From contig JAYFMW010000017.1 in assembly GCA_042408215.1 (NCBI GenBank), positions 448,001-512,000 of the forward strand: a stretch of 64,000 nucleotides of DNA, written 5' to 3'. Origin of the DNA: Microcoleus sp. Lineage in GTDB: Bacteria > Cyanobacteriota > Cyanobacteriia > Cyanobacteriales > Microcoleaceae. Both the position numbers and the translations under genes were made by a program. Shown here piece by piece: positions 19,306-29,795 of the stretch. Within the stretch, counting starts at the first letter, position 1. Each line of letters starts with the position of its first letter. The notes below the pieces were generated by a model. That model was not told the DNA's origin. It made no database searches and was given only the letters and a program-made list of their open reading frames with translations.

Positions 19306-19724
19306 GGTTTTTTATCTTCTTGTAAATTACAAAATTTTTACGAACATTTTACGAGGCGAAAAGCCCCTAAACATCGCTCACTGATGCGGCCACATTTTGA
19401 GCAACTTCTTTAACCGCTGGAGTAGCGGATGTAGCCACATTTTGAGCAACTTTTTGAACCGTTAGGGATGCACCCTGATATCTGACATAGTTGCGCCAGT
19501 CAGATTTACATGGTTAAAATCTTTTAGGTTGCCTAAGATTGTTTTAAAGCCCCTGCTTGAATTTTAAGTTAATTTTTCTGTAGTGTAAAGTAGGAGAATG
19601 TCACAATTTGCCAGTAGTTGATAAAATTAGCTAGCCGTTCAAGGTCACATTTTGCCATCCTTAGTCAGAAAAAGTCAGAAAAAGTCTGATACAATAGATA
19701 AAACCTCCTACATTTACCCAATAA

Positions 19725-21304
19725 ATGGATGTTCAAGAACTCTTAAGGTTAGCCAATGGCTTGGTGTTCGCTAAGACCGGCAAACGATTGGACGATCTGC
19801 AACAGGCAGTAGTACGGGGAACGTGGCAAGGTAAAAGATACTCCGAAATTTCTAAAGAGGTTCATTGTACTGAACGCCATGTCAGAAATATTGCCTCAAA
19901 GTTATGGCAAACTCTTTCAGAAATATTAGATGAAGATGTAATGAAATCAAATTTGCGCTCCACAATGGAGAGGTATCAAGTTTCTCACAATTCTAATTTC
20001 CTCAATTATAATTTTTTAGAACAGGGTAACATCAACTTCTGCACAGAAACGCCACACCCTCCAACAACTCCCCAAAACTCACCCCCAACACAAACCTCAA
20101 CTGAAGACGACACCCAACAGAAACCGCGAGTTGATTTAAGAGATGCACCCGATCGCAAAACCTTCTACAACTCCACATCCTCACCCCTCACCACCCTCGA
20201 AAATGCGATCGCACACCAAAACTGCCGCCTCCTCACCATCACAGGCATGACAGGCACCGGTAAAAGCGCGATCGCCCGTAACCTCATCCCCCAAATTCAA
20301 ACTCAGTTCGATCGCATCATCTGGCGCAGTCTCCGCACCTCCCCACCCCTAGAAACAACCCTCAAAAACCTCATTCAATTTCTCTCAAATCAAAACCCCC
20401 CCAACCCCCCCTTACCAAGGGGGGGCGAAGAGCGACAAACCCCCCCCTTACCAAGGGGGGGCGAAGAGCGACAAACCCCCCCCTTACCAAGGGGGGGCGA
20501 AGAGCGACAAACCCCCTCCTTACCAAGGGGGGGCGAAGAGCGACAAACCCCCCCCTTACCAAGGGGGGGCGAAGGGGGGGTTTTCCCCGCCAACACCGAC
20601 GATCAATTATCAATCCTAATAGAAACATTGCGCGAAAATCGCTGTCTCATCATCCTCGATGACGTCCAGCAAATTCTCAGCAGCGGGCAACTTTCCGGCA
20701 ATTATAAACCCGGATATGAAAACTACGGAACCCTATTTAAACTCATCGGCGAAATTCCCCATAATAGCTGCTTAATCCTCAATAGTTGGGAACCTCCCTC
20801 AGACATCCTCACATTCACCGACGATAATTCAGCAGTATGTTTATTACAATTAACCGGTTTAGGTGAAGCCGCCACAGAAATTCTGATAGAAAAAGGTTTA
20901 TTGGATGAAGAACAATGGCCAGAATTGATTGAGCTTTATCAAGGTAATCCCCTCTGGTTAAAATTAGTCGCTCAAACTATTAACAACTTATTTAACGGTA
21001 GAGTATCTCAATATTTAAGTTATCAACCAGTGTTTTTAAGCGACGAATTGACACCGATATTGCAGCAGCACTATCAGCGGTTGTCGGAAATAGAAAAACA
21101 GGCGATTTCGCAACTTAGTAATGAAATCGAACCTGTTTCGTTGACCCAATTATGGCAAAATGTCAAGGCTCGCAGGGCGAATTATTTAAAGCAATTCAAT
21201 CTTTAGACAGACGGGGAATGATCGAAAAATTGAGCTGTGAAACTGAAACGGTTTTCACAATTCCACCTGTGTTAAAACAGTATGTTAAGATGGTTTTAGA
21301 ATAG
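19725..21304 (+). CDS. wHTH-NB-ARC (STAND-type ATPase) regulator, frameshift near 21151
   Basis: N-terminal HTH, Walker A GMTGTGKS, Walker B LIILDDVQ, YQGNPLWL. The expected C-terminus (AIQSLDRRGMIE...FTIPPVLKQYV) is in another frame ending at 21304; the annotated ORF stops at 21206. Confidence 0.8.
20391..20580 (+). repeat. In-frame 36-bp tandem repeat (QTPPLPRGGEER) in the NB-ARC gene
   Basis: 5 copies of the CCCCCCTTACCAAGGGGGG palindrome. Confidence 0.92.
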
Positions 21305-21463
21305 CTGCCATCTTGATTATTCGGCGGTTGAAACCGCTACTACACAAACGAAGTCCGCCTTCGCGGACTAAGAAATAAGAGGGATATTTCACCATAACTG
21401 GGTATTAAATATCTAGCTAAATGAGAGCCAACCACGATCGCAACTCCTACCAAACATAAACAA

Positions 21464-22051
21464 ATGCTTACCTTCGATCGATTCATCAAGCAACTTCCCG
21501 ATGAAGACGGACGCTATGAACTTGTTAATGGAGAAATTGTCAAAATCTTGCCAACAATCAGACTGCACGAAAACGTAGCTGATTTTATTCAGAATACGTT
21601 TCATGACGAAGTAAAACGACTCAACCTGAATTACAGAATATCTGGTAGAATTGTAGTCAGGACTTTAACTCAGAATAGTAAAGAACAAGGTCGCCAGCCC
21701 GATGTTACTGTAATAGATCAAACGATTTGGGAATCCAAACCCTTCGACTATTCAGCACTAACTGAACCGCTGCAATTAGTTGTAGAAGTTGTCTCGATAA
21801 ATTGGGAAGATGATTATATCGACAAGCTGGATGAATATCAGCGGCTGGGAATTTCTGAATATTGGATTGTCGATTATTTAGCTTTGGGTAGCAGAAACTA
21901 TTTGGGGAATCCGAAAGAACCGACTGTTTTTGTTTACCTGCTTGATGAAAATGGGGTTTATCAAATGACTGCTTACCGAGGAAATGATCGAATTCTATCC
22001 CGAACTTTCCCAGAATTAGCATTGACAGCAGAGCAAGTGTTGGATGTATGA
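21464..22051 (+). CDS. Uma2 family (DUF820) endonuclease
   Basis: RYELVNGEI, QPDV, LVVEVVS.NWEDDYIDKLDEYQRLGISEYWIVDY. Confidence 0.92.
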   Translation: MLTFDRFIKQLPDEDGRYELVNGEIVKILPTIRLHENVADFIQNTFHDEVKRLNLNYRISGRIVVRTLTQNSKEQGRQPDVTVIDQTIWESKPFDYSALTEPLQLVVEVVSINWEDDYIDKLDEYQRLGISEYWIVDYLALGSRNYLGNPKEPTVFVYLLDENGVYQMTAYRGNDRILSRTFPELALTAEQVLDV

Positions 22052-22141
22052 TATCAAATCCAGCTTAAATATCGTTTTATCTCTTAGTCTGCGAAGGCAG
22101 ACTTCGTTTGTGTAGACGCGGTTTCAACCGCCGAAATTTTC

Positions 22142-22381
22142 TCAAGATTTTTTTGGGCTAACAAGCGCGATCGAACAACCGCTGAGATCGGGTTGAATGC
22201 CTAACAAACGCTGACGGACGGACTCTGCTAACTGCTCCCGATAATTGAGATAAGCTTCTACTGTTTCTTGGTGTCGGAGATAATAGCCGATCGCACTATA
22301 GACATCGGACAATGACACTGTTGAATAACGCTGCACAATTGATTCCGGCGACGCACCATCCTGAAAAGCTCGAATCACCAA
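22142..22381 (-). pseudogene. DUF433 protein fragment (5' end lost)
   Basis: VIRAFQDGASPESIVQRYSTVSLSDVYSAIGYYL. The N-terminal DUF433 strands are absent and repeats lie upstream. Confidence 0.7.
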
Positions 22382-22487
22382 AAAGCGATTTTCGATGGGG
22401 GAGGGCGGGTTTATTTGACCTGTCTGTAACCTTTAAGGCTACTCGCGAACCCGCCCCTACAGCTAATTGAGAATGGTGCAACATTTC

Positions 22488-22540
22488 AGTTACATCCGTT
22501 ACATCCGTTACAAAATCCGTTGCCGAACTTCCCCCTTCCC
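22488..22540 (-). repeat. GAAGGAAGTTCGGCAACGGATT-(GTAACGGAT)n dispersed repeat
   Basis: Other copies at 33265-33308 (in lnt), 34461-34520, 48801-48865 and 59093-59232 (3 tandem copies). Confidence 0.85.
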
Positions 22541-23569
22541 TCAAACTACGATCGCATCGCCTGCCTTTTGCTCAGCCTTCAAATCCCGATTGCTAGCAGC
22601 AGCCAACTCCGCATCCAACAAAGTCTTACCAGTCGCAGCCAAATACACATCATCCAAACTCGGACGAGATTGAGCAATCCCAAAAATAGGAAGTCCCGCA
22701 TTTTTCAACGCTTGCTGAATCGCGATCAATGCGTCGCTTTGTGCACCCACCACCAAATTCAAAGAATTTCCTTGAGCACTGTTGATAATCACTTCTTGCA
22801 CAAAAGGCAGAGATTGCATTAAAGCTTTTGCTGTTTCCGCTTCTGCGATCGGCGAAAACTCCCGAATCCGCAGAGTCACCCGATCGCCCCCAACCCGATT
22901 TTTCAACTCCAGAGGCGTCCCCTCAGCAATCACCGTACCCTTGTCAATAATCGCCACGCGATCGGCCAAAGCATCCACCTCTTCGAGATAATGACTCGTA
23001 ATCAAAACCGTAGTCCCCTCCTCCCGCAAGCGACGCAGGAAATCCCAAACCACCACCCGACTTTCAATGTCGAGCCCGACAGTAGGCTCGTCCAAAACCA
23101 AAACATCCGGCTGGTGTAGCAATCCAGCCGCCAAATCCAAGCGCTTGCGAATACCCCCGGAATAGGTGCCCGTCTGTTTATTTTCCCACTCCTCCAAACC
23201 GAGGAGTTTGACCATTTTGTCAATTTGCCCTTTAATGGTATGGCGGGGCAAATGGTAAAGCGCCGCTTGCAATTGCAGGAGTTCCCGGCCCGTCAACACC
23301 TTATCGAGAGCAACTTCTTGGGCGACGTAGCCCAGTCTCTGTCTAGCAATTCTCGGCTGACTGACAGCAGAAATGCCAGACACTTCAATTCGTCCGCTGT
23401 CTGGCGATGTCAAAGTACAAAGTACCCGCAGGGTTGTGGTTTTACCAGCACCGTTGGGGCCTAGCAAACCAAATATCTCCCCCGGTTCTACCTTGAAGGA
23501 AACATCTTTAACGGCTTCTACATTGCCGTAGCGTTTCTGAAGATTTTCAACTAAAACGGCGGGAGCCAT
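22541..23569 (-). CDS. ABC transporter ATP-binding protein (DrrA-like)
   Basis: GPNGAGKTT, YSGG, LVLDEPT, TSHY. Confidence 0.95.
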   Translation of the reverse strand: MAPAVLVENLQKRYGNVEAVKDVSFKVEPGEIFGLLGPNGAGKTTTLRVLCTLTSPDSGRIEVSGISAVSQPRIARQRLGYVAQEVALDKVLTGRELLQLQAALYHLPRHTIKGQIDKMVKLLGLEEWENKQTGTYSGGIRKRLDLAAGLLHQPDVLVLDEPTVGLDIESRVVVWDFLRRLREEGTTVLITSHYLEEVDALADRVAIIDKGTVIAEGTPLELKNRVGGDRVTLRIREFSPIAEAETAKALMQSLPFVQEVIINSAQGNSLNLVVGAQSDALIAIQQALKNAGLPIFGIAQSRPSLDDVYLAATGKTLLDAELAAASNRDLKAEQKAGDAIVV

Positions 23570-23669
23570 ATTATTATAGGATGAACAGGTTGTTAATATT
23601 TTGACACTTCCCGGCTCAAATTGCCGAAAAGTTTTGTTGGCGAATGGGAATGGCTTCTCAATTTAACTT

Positions 23670-23739
23670 GTAGGGGCGGGTTTTACCAACCATCAGTGCC
23701 TAAAACCAATAATCTCATAAACCCGCCCTCACCCAACCC
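23670..23739. repeat. GTAG-type REP-like repeat (GTAGGGGCGGGTTT...AAACCCGCCC), uninterrupted relative of the TnpB copy 2 target site
   Basis: Its reverse complement aligns end to end with the rejoined flanks 9077-9097 + 10438-10483. Confidence 0.85.
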
Positions 23740-24090
23740 TAAAATTTGGGGGCTTGTCGATCGGATACCACGTTGTTTTTTATTGATCCACAACCTAATT
23801 TTTGGCAAAAATAATGAGTTTTGAGTTAACTATAACTTCTGGGTTAGCAACTCAAAACTGATCGTTTTTCAAGTAGAGATACACCTGAAACCTGTTATTT
23901 ATAATTATCTCTACCTTAAGGCTGATGTCGATCGCGATTTTAATAATCAACCACCGCTCTAAAATACATCTAATCTCAAACACATCAAACTATCTAACGC
24001 ACAATTTAACCCACAAAAATGCCACATATCAAAATTTTACCGGGCAATTTCTACTTCTAACTCGCCTGTAGGGAGTTGAGGGTGGTACCT

Positions 24091-24279
24091 TTAATCAACA
24101 ATTTTTACCCAGCCACGCCGGACGTTGTACAGGAGTCTGTTGATGATGGCGTACTCATCTTCATTCAGCGTTCTTTCTAAGAGTGCAGATCTAAGCTGCC
24201 TCCGATCGTGGCGAGTAACCACGCTGGAGAACATGACCTGACCAAATAACTCTTCGAGTGTCATTTGGGATACTGACAT
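24091..24279 (-). CDS. Small conserved cyanobacterial hypothetical protein
   Basis: 62 aa, RBS-like GGAGG upstream, LNEDEYAIINRLLYNVRRGWVKIVD C-terminus. Confidence 0.7.
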   Translation of the reverse strand: MSVSQMTLEELFGQVMFSSVVTRHDRRQLRSALLERTLNEDEYAIINRLLYNVRRGWVKIVD

Positions 24280-24604
24280 GATATTTGACCTCCTAATTCC
24301 TTGAGACAGACAACACTTTTACATAGTCACCATCATTCTATTATGGTCTGTTCCATCAGGTCTAAAGGCGATCGAAAACATTGACAAGCTGTGATTTTTG
24401 CGCTAATAATTTGTGACCCATAGCTTGACGCCAAGTGACTTGGATCTTGTGATTTGGTGATCCTGGTCACTTTTTTGCAGGAAGAGGGAAGAAGGAAGAG
24501 GGGAGAGGGCTATGATGGCGATCGCACATCTCAGGAAAGCCCCAACCAGCCTCAAAAGCTCTCTCTCCCGTCTTAACCCATTTTTCACACTGCCAATTTT
24601 CCTG

Positions 24605-25528
24605 CTAATTGAGACATCGATCGATCGTCGCCACTACCGACTCGGCCAAATCTTTCAGCGCGTAACCCCCCTCCAAACCAAAGACAATGCGACGAGTGAT
24701 TTGCAGGCAATATCCCGTGAAAGTACCGTAATCTGAGGGTGCCAGGTTTATACTCGCCAGGGGATCGGCAGCATTAGCGTCGTAGCCGGCGCTGACAATC
24801 AACAAATCCGGCTCAAACTTGGACAAAAACGGCATAACTTGAGATTCAAAGGCGCTCAGGTATTCCGCAATGCCGCTGCCGGGATATAACGGAATGTTCA
24901 GCACATTGTCGTAAGCCCCGTGCTCGTCAGCATCTCCCGTTCCTGGATAGCAGGGAGATTGGTGCAGGGAACAGTAGGCAATTTGTCGGCTGTTTTCCAC
25001 CAAAGATTGAGTGCCGTTACCGTGGTGCACGTCCCAGTCGAGGATGGCGACACGTTTAATTCCCTGGTGTTCGAGGGCGTAATGAGCTGCGATCGCAGCA
25101 TTGGAAAACACACAAAATCCCATCGCCCGATCGCTCTCAGCATGGTGTCCAGGCGGCCTCGCCAGTACAAAAGCCGGCTCACCATTCGCCAAAACTCGAT
25201 CGACCCCATCCAGCCAAGCACTCGCAGCCAGCAGCGCTACATCGTAACTTTCCGCAGAAATCGGCGTGTCACCGTCGAGGTAGCCACCTCCCCCCTTTGC
25301 CAAATGTTCGACTTCCTTGATGTATCTCTGGGCGTGAACTTTTTTGATAGCACAGAACAGTTCCCGATCGCGGCGGGCTACTGGCGTGGGCAGTTGCCAC
25401 TCAATTTGAGCCGCCCAGGGAGCAGCTTTCAGAGCATTGGCGATCGCACTTAAACGTTCTGGTCGCTCTGGGTGAAGCATTCCAGTCTTGTGCAGTAAGA
25501 AATCGTCGGAATAGATGACGGGTAACAT
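24605..25528 (-). CDS. Histone deacetylase family protein (AcuC/AphA-like)
   Basis: HPERPERL, RPPGHHA, GFC, DWDVHHGNGTQ, SAGYDA, LEGGY. Confidence 0.95.
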   Translation of the reverse strand: MLPVIYSDDFLLHKTGMLHPERPERLSAIANALKAAPWAAQIEWQLPTPVARRDRELFCAIKKVHAQRYIKEVEHLAKGGGGYLDGDTPISAESYDVALLAASAWLDGVDRVLANGEPAFVLARPPGHHAESDRAMGFCVFSNAAIAAHYALEHQGIKRVAILDWDVHHGNGTQSLVENSRQIAYCSLHQSPCYPGTGDADEHGAYDNVLNIPLYPGSGIAEYLSAFESQVMPFLSKFEPDLLIVSAGYDANAADPLASINLAPSDYGTFTGYCLQITRRIVFGLEGGYALKDLAESVVATIDRCLN

Positions 25529-25926
25529 CAGCAGATTTTAGATTTTATATTTTAGATTTTAGATGGTCAATCGATTTTCGATTTTCGATTTTGGATTTTC
25601 GATTGAATAATTAGAGAATTCAAGCACTCATTTTATTTTTTATTTTCTCGCAAGAATTCCTGAGCAATGCCTTCTGCTCTCTGCCTAAAACCAACTTTCT
25701 AGCTTTGGTCAACCGAGCGCAAAATCACCACAGGCTAAATCATCAATTGTCCTTGTTTTGTCACTTAATTTTTCTGGCTACTTTCCCATACTCTCCAAGG
25801 CAAAATGTGATATAATTCAAGAGTAATTTGCAATATTTGGCAACTCTACTGAATCCAAACCGATTTTATCGTATTTTTGGGATTTATAGCGGTCAAATTA
25901 AAAGTTTTAACGGAGTTTTTTCACCT

Positions 25927-28650
25927 ATGAGCACCCCTGAGTCGCGGATAATCCCGACGGATCTGGGTAATGAGATGTCCCGATCGTACTTGGAATACGC
26001 CATGAGCGTAATTGTTGGTCGGGCACTACCAGATGCTAGGGACGGTCTCAAGCCCGTTCACCGACGCATTCTCTACGCCATGAACGAATTGGGCTTGACA
26101 CCCGATCGACCCTTCCGCAAGTGCGCCCGCGTCGTGGGGGAGGTGCTGGGCAAGTATCACCCCCACGGAGACACCGCAGTTTACGACGCCTTGGTGCGGA
26201 TGGCTCAAGATTTCTCCATGCGGGAACGCCTGATCAACGGTCACGGTAATTTCGGCTCGGTAGACAACGACCCCGCCGCAGCCATGCGGTACACCGAGTG
26301 TCGCCTCACCGCCCTGACTAGCGACTCGATGCTACGCGACATCGACTGCGAAACAGTTAATTTCGGCGACAACTTCGACGGTTCCCAGCAAGAACCCCTG
26401 GTACTCCCAGCTCGCATCCCCCAAATTTTGCTCAACGGTTCATCGGGAATCGCTGTCGGAATGGCCACCAACATTCCGCCACACAATTTAGGGGAAATAA
26501 TTGACGGTTTCGTAGCCCTGATTCACAATCCAGAAATTACCGACCTGGAATTGATGCAATACATCCCCGGCCCGGACTTTCCCACCGGAGGGCAAATTTT
26601 AGGGAAAGCCACGATTCGGGAAGCCTACACCACCGGTCGCGGCTCAATTACAATGCGGGGCGTCGCCAGCATTGAAACCATCGAACACGTCGGCCGCCCA
26701 GACAAAGAAGCAATTATTATCACCGAATTGCCTTACCAAACAAACAAGGCGGCCCTAATTGAGAAAATTGCCGAACTGGTAAACGACAAAAGATTAGAGG
26801 GAATTTCCGACATTCGCGACGAAAGCGACAGAGACGGAATGCGAATTGTCATCGAGCTCAAACGTGATGCCTATCCCCGCGTAGTTCTGAACAACCTCTA
26901 CAAACAAACACCACTCCAATCCAATTTTGGAGCCAATATGTTAGCGCTAGTAAATGGGGAACCCCAACTACTTTCGCTCTCGCAATTTCTGAATGTTTTC
27001 CTAGACTTTCGGATTGAGACAATTACTCGTCGGACTCAATACGAACTCCGCAAAGCAGAAGAACGGGACCATCTCCTGCAAGGCTTATTAATTGCACTCG
27101 ACAACCTAGATGGAATTATTCAGCTAATTCGTCGCGCTCCTGACTCCGCAGCAGCCAAACAAGAATTGATCGATAACTACGGTCTTTCTGAGCAGCAATC
27201 CGACGCAATTTTGCAAATGCAACTCAGGCGTTTAACAGCCTTGGAAGCGCAAAAAATTCAACAAGAACACGAGGAATTACGAGCTAAAATTTCCGACTTG
27301 GAAGATATTCTAGCGCGCCGGGAACGCATTCTAGAAATCGCCGAATTTGAAGCAGTCGAAATCAAAAACAAAATCGCCACTCCGCGACGTACAGTCATCG
27401 AACACGCCGAAGGAGAAATCGACGAAAGAGATTTGATTGCTAACGAACAAGCAATCATTCTGATCACAGAACAAGGCTACATCAAGCGGATGCCAGTCAG
27501 CACTTTCGAGGCCCAAAGTCGCGCAACTCGCGGCAAAGCAGGCACGAAAATGAAAGAAGACGACGGAGTAGAACATTTCCTTTCCTGTTGCGATCATGAC
27601 AGCGTTTTGTTCTTCAGTGACCGAGGCGTAGTTTACTCGGTCAAAGCTTATCAAATTCCGGTTAGTTCCCGGACAGCGCGCGGAATGCCTGTGCTGCAAC
27701 TGCTGCCGATTCCAATGGAAGAAAAAATCACTTCTATGGTGTCTGTAACAGAATTCAGCAGCGAAGAATACTTGGTAATGCTAACTCGCAACGGCTACAT
27801 CAAGAAAACAGCGCTTGCAGCTTTTTCCCATATCCGAACTAACGGTTTAATCGCTATTTCTCTAGAAGAAGGCGACCAACTGCGGTGGGTGCGGAGAGCA
27901 AAAGTTGGCGACAGCATTATCATCGGAACGCGCCAAGGGATGGCAATTCATTTCCGCACCAATCACGAACAGTTGCGCCCCACTGGGCGGGCAACCAGGG
28001 GTGTGAAATCAATGAAATTGCGATCGGGCGATGAATTGATTAGCATGGACATTTTGCCAAGTTCAATTGTGGCCGAAATTGCCGAATTGGCAACGGAAGA
28101 ATCAGAATTTGAGGCGGCAGATATTCCGCAATTAGAAACGGGCGACACGGAAATTGAGGCCGCAGATATTGCTGAATTGGAAACGGGTGACTCGGAAATT
28201 GAAGAGGAAGAATTAGAACTGGAAACTGAGGAAATTGAAGGCAGCGAAAGCGACGATGCCGAAGAAATTACTACTGTTAGCAGCGAAGTGCCTTCGGTTT
28301 TGGTAATCACAACCAACGGCTACGGGAAGCGCGTTCCAGTTTCTCAATTCCGCCTCCAAAGACGAGCTGGGAAGGGCTTGACTGCTACTAAATTCAAGTC
28401 TAAAAAGGCTCAAGATCATGTAGCGGCGCTGCGTATTGTTAACGACAGCGACGAGTTGATGATCGTTACCAACCGAGGTATTATTATCCGTCAGGCTGTC
28501 AGTGCAATTTCCACGCAATCCCGAACAGCAACGGGGGTGCGGGTGCAGCGGTTGGATGAGGATGATTCGATCGTGGCGGTGGCTTTAGTGCCGCCTGCGG
28601 GTGAAGAGTCGATCGAAGATTCGGAATCAGAGGAAGCGTCAGAGGATTAA
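25927..28650 (+). CDS. gyrA: DNA gyrase subunit A
   Basis: [36 protein letters not shown], and beta-pinwheel CTD with [10 protein letters not shown] box. ATG 25927 is the likely start. Confidence 0.97.
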   Translation: MSTPESRIIPTDLGNEMSRSYLEYAMSVIVGRALPDARDGLKPVHRRILYAMNELGLTPDRPFRKCARVVGEVLGKYHPHGDTAVYDALVRMAQDFSMRERLINGHGNFGSVDNDPAAAMRYTECRLTALTSDSMLRDIDCETVNFGDNFDGSQQEPLVLPARIPQILLNGSSGIAVGMATNIPPHNLGEIIDGFVALIHNPEITDLELMQYIPGPDFPTGGQILGKATIREAYTTGRGSITMRGVASIETIEHVGRPDKEAIIITELPYQTNKAALIEKIAELVNDKRLEGISDIRDESDRDGMRIVIELKRDAYPRVVLNNLYKQTPLQSNFGANMLALVNGEPQLLSLSQFLNVFLDFRIETITRRTQYELRKAEERDHLLQGLLIALDNLDGIIQLIRRAPDSAAAKQELIDNYGLSEQQSDAILQMQLRRLTALEAQKIQQEHEELRAKISDLEDILARRERILEIAEFEAVEIKNKIATPRRTVIEHAEGEIDERDLIANEQAIILITEQGYIKRMPVSTFEAQSRATRGKAGTKMKEDDGVEHFLSCCDHDSVLFFSDRGVVYSVKAYQIPVSSRTARGMPVLQLLPIPMEEKITSMVSVTEFSSEEYLVMLTRNGYIKKTALAAFSHIRTNGLIAISLEEGDQLRWVRRAKVGDSIIIGTRQGMAIHFRTNHEQLRPTGRATRGVKSMKLRSGDELISMDILPSSIVAEIAELATEESEFEAADIPQLETGDTEIEAADIAELETGDSEIEEEELELETEEIEGSESDDAEEITTVSSEVPSVLVITTNGYGKRVPVSQFRLQRRAGKGLTATKFKSKKAQDHVAALRIVNDSDELMIVTNRGIIIRQAVSAISTQSRTATGVRVQRLDEDDSIVAVALVPPAGEESIEDSESEEASED

Positions 28651-28678
28651 TAGGTTCTCATGGGTAAGGTGGCCACTG

Positions 28679-28903
28679 CATTAGTGTCAACTTAAGGTCA
28701 AAACCCTCTGTATATCTCGCTTGTAGCCGAGTCTCGATCCCCCTAAATCCCCCTTAAGAAGGGGGACTTTGAGTGCTCTTCCCCCTTTTTAAGGGAGTAG
28801 GGTGTGAGTAGGGGTTGAAGGGGGCAAGAATGCGGGGGGATCGAGAGGATTGTGACTCAGACAGAATATCGATCCTACGTTTAACCTTAAGTTGACGCCA
28901 ATG
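28679..28903. mobile_element. MITE with 19-bp imperfect TIRs and apparent 5-bp target duplication (CACTG)
   Basis: CACTG|CATTAGTGTCAACTTAAGG...CCTTAAGTTGACGCCAATG|CACTG. Confidence 0.8.
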
Positions 28904-29327
28904 CACTGCCCACCTTACTGCTTTAATGTACAGAATTACAAATGTTGCCATGCTTCATCCTCCTGGGAGATCAACCAGTATTTTTGCAGGGAAGATTCAC
29001 TTAGGATGCTATTTTCTAGCTGGTATTTTTGATATTTAGTTTTGAAAAATAGCAGAAAAACCCCAACCTATTATAACATAAATTATGGAATATTTTCCAT
29101 TGATTGAAGGAGTAGTTATTTAGCACTCATTCCATTTACCTCTCATAATAATCAAGAGAGTAATTAATCGAAAATAATCTCTATCATATCAAATTTTTGG
29201 GTATCGAAATTACTCATCTCTCTCTTCTCTTCCTCTGCGCTCTCTGCGGTCTCTGCGGTTAAATCATTCCGAAAAAACCGTAAACGATATCGCTTACAAT
29301 CCTAGGAGGAAATTAGGCAAGAAAACT

Positions 29328-29795
29328 ATGAATAGGTTTGTAGTGAGGACTTTATTCCTCAGCGTTAGTTTAGCCCTCGCAGCCAGCGGAATGTCACCAA
29401 CAACCGCAGCAGTTGTGCCTGCTCCGATGATTGGTAAATCAATAGCACAAACCACTGAAAATAGCAAGCTAAAACCTCTAACCGAACAGGAAATTTCCCA
29501 GCGCTTGCAAGGTTTACCGAACTGGACTAGAGAGGGTAAAACTATTAAATACACCCACGACTTTAAAAATTTTGTGCAGGCTGTCAGTTTTGTAAATTGC
29601 CTGATTTCACCGTCAGAAAAAGCCGGCCACCATCCCGATATTTTTATTGCTTACAACCGCGTTACAATTAGTCTCACAACCCACGATGCAGGAGGCTTGA
29701 CAAAACCAGACTTCGAGCTAGCCGAGACTATCTCTAAAGTAGTGAGCGAGTGGATGCCGGGAAATGTTTGTTTAGTAGTGGAAGGTTCTGGATGA
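29328..29795 (+). CDS. Pterin-4-alpha-carbinolamine dehydratase family protein with N-terminal signal-like extension
   Basis: FKNFVQAVSFVN...EKAGHHPDI...LTTHDAGGLT.PDFELA. Confidence 0.85.
   Translation: MNRFVVRTLFLSVSLALAASGMSPTTAAVVPAPMIGKSIAQTTENSKLKPLTEQEISQRLQGLPNWTREGKTIKYTHDFKNFVQAVSFVNCLISPSEKAGHHPDIFIAYNRVTISLTTHDAGGLTKPDFELAETISKVVSEWMPGNVCLVVEGSG

Noticed and set aside
25828..25926. N-terminal extensions given by the ORF track for gyrA, yggT, b' and the ABC permease
   Set aside because: Upstream near-cognate starts run through intergenic or repeat DNA; downstream ATGs fit the family N-termini better.
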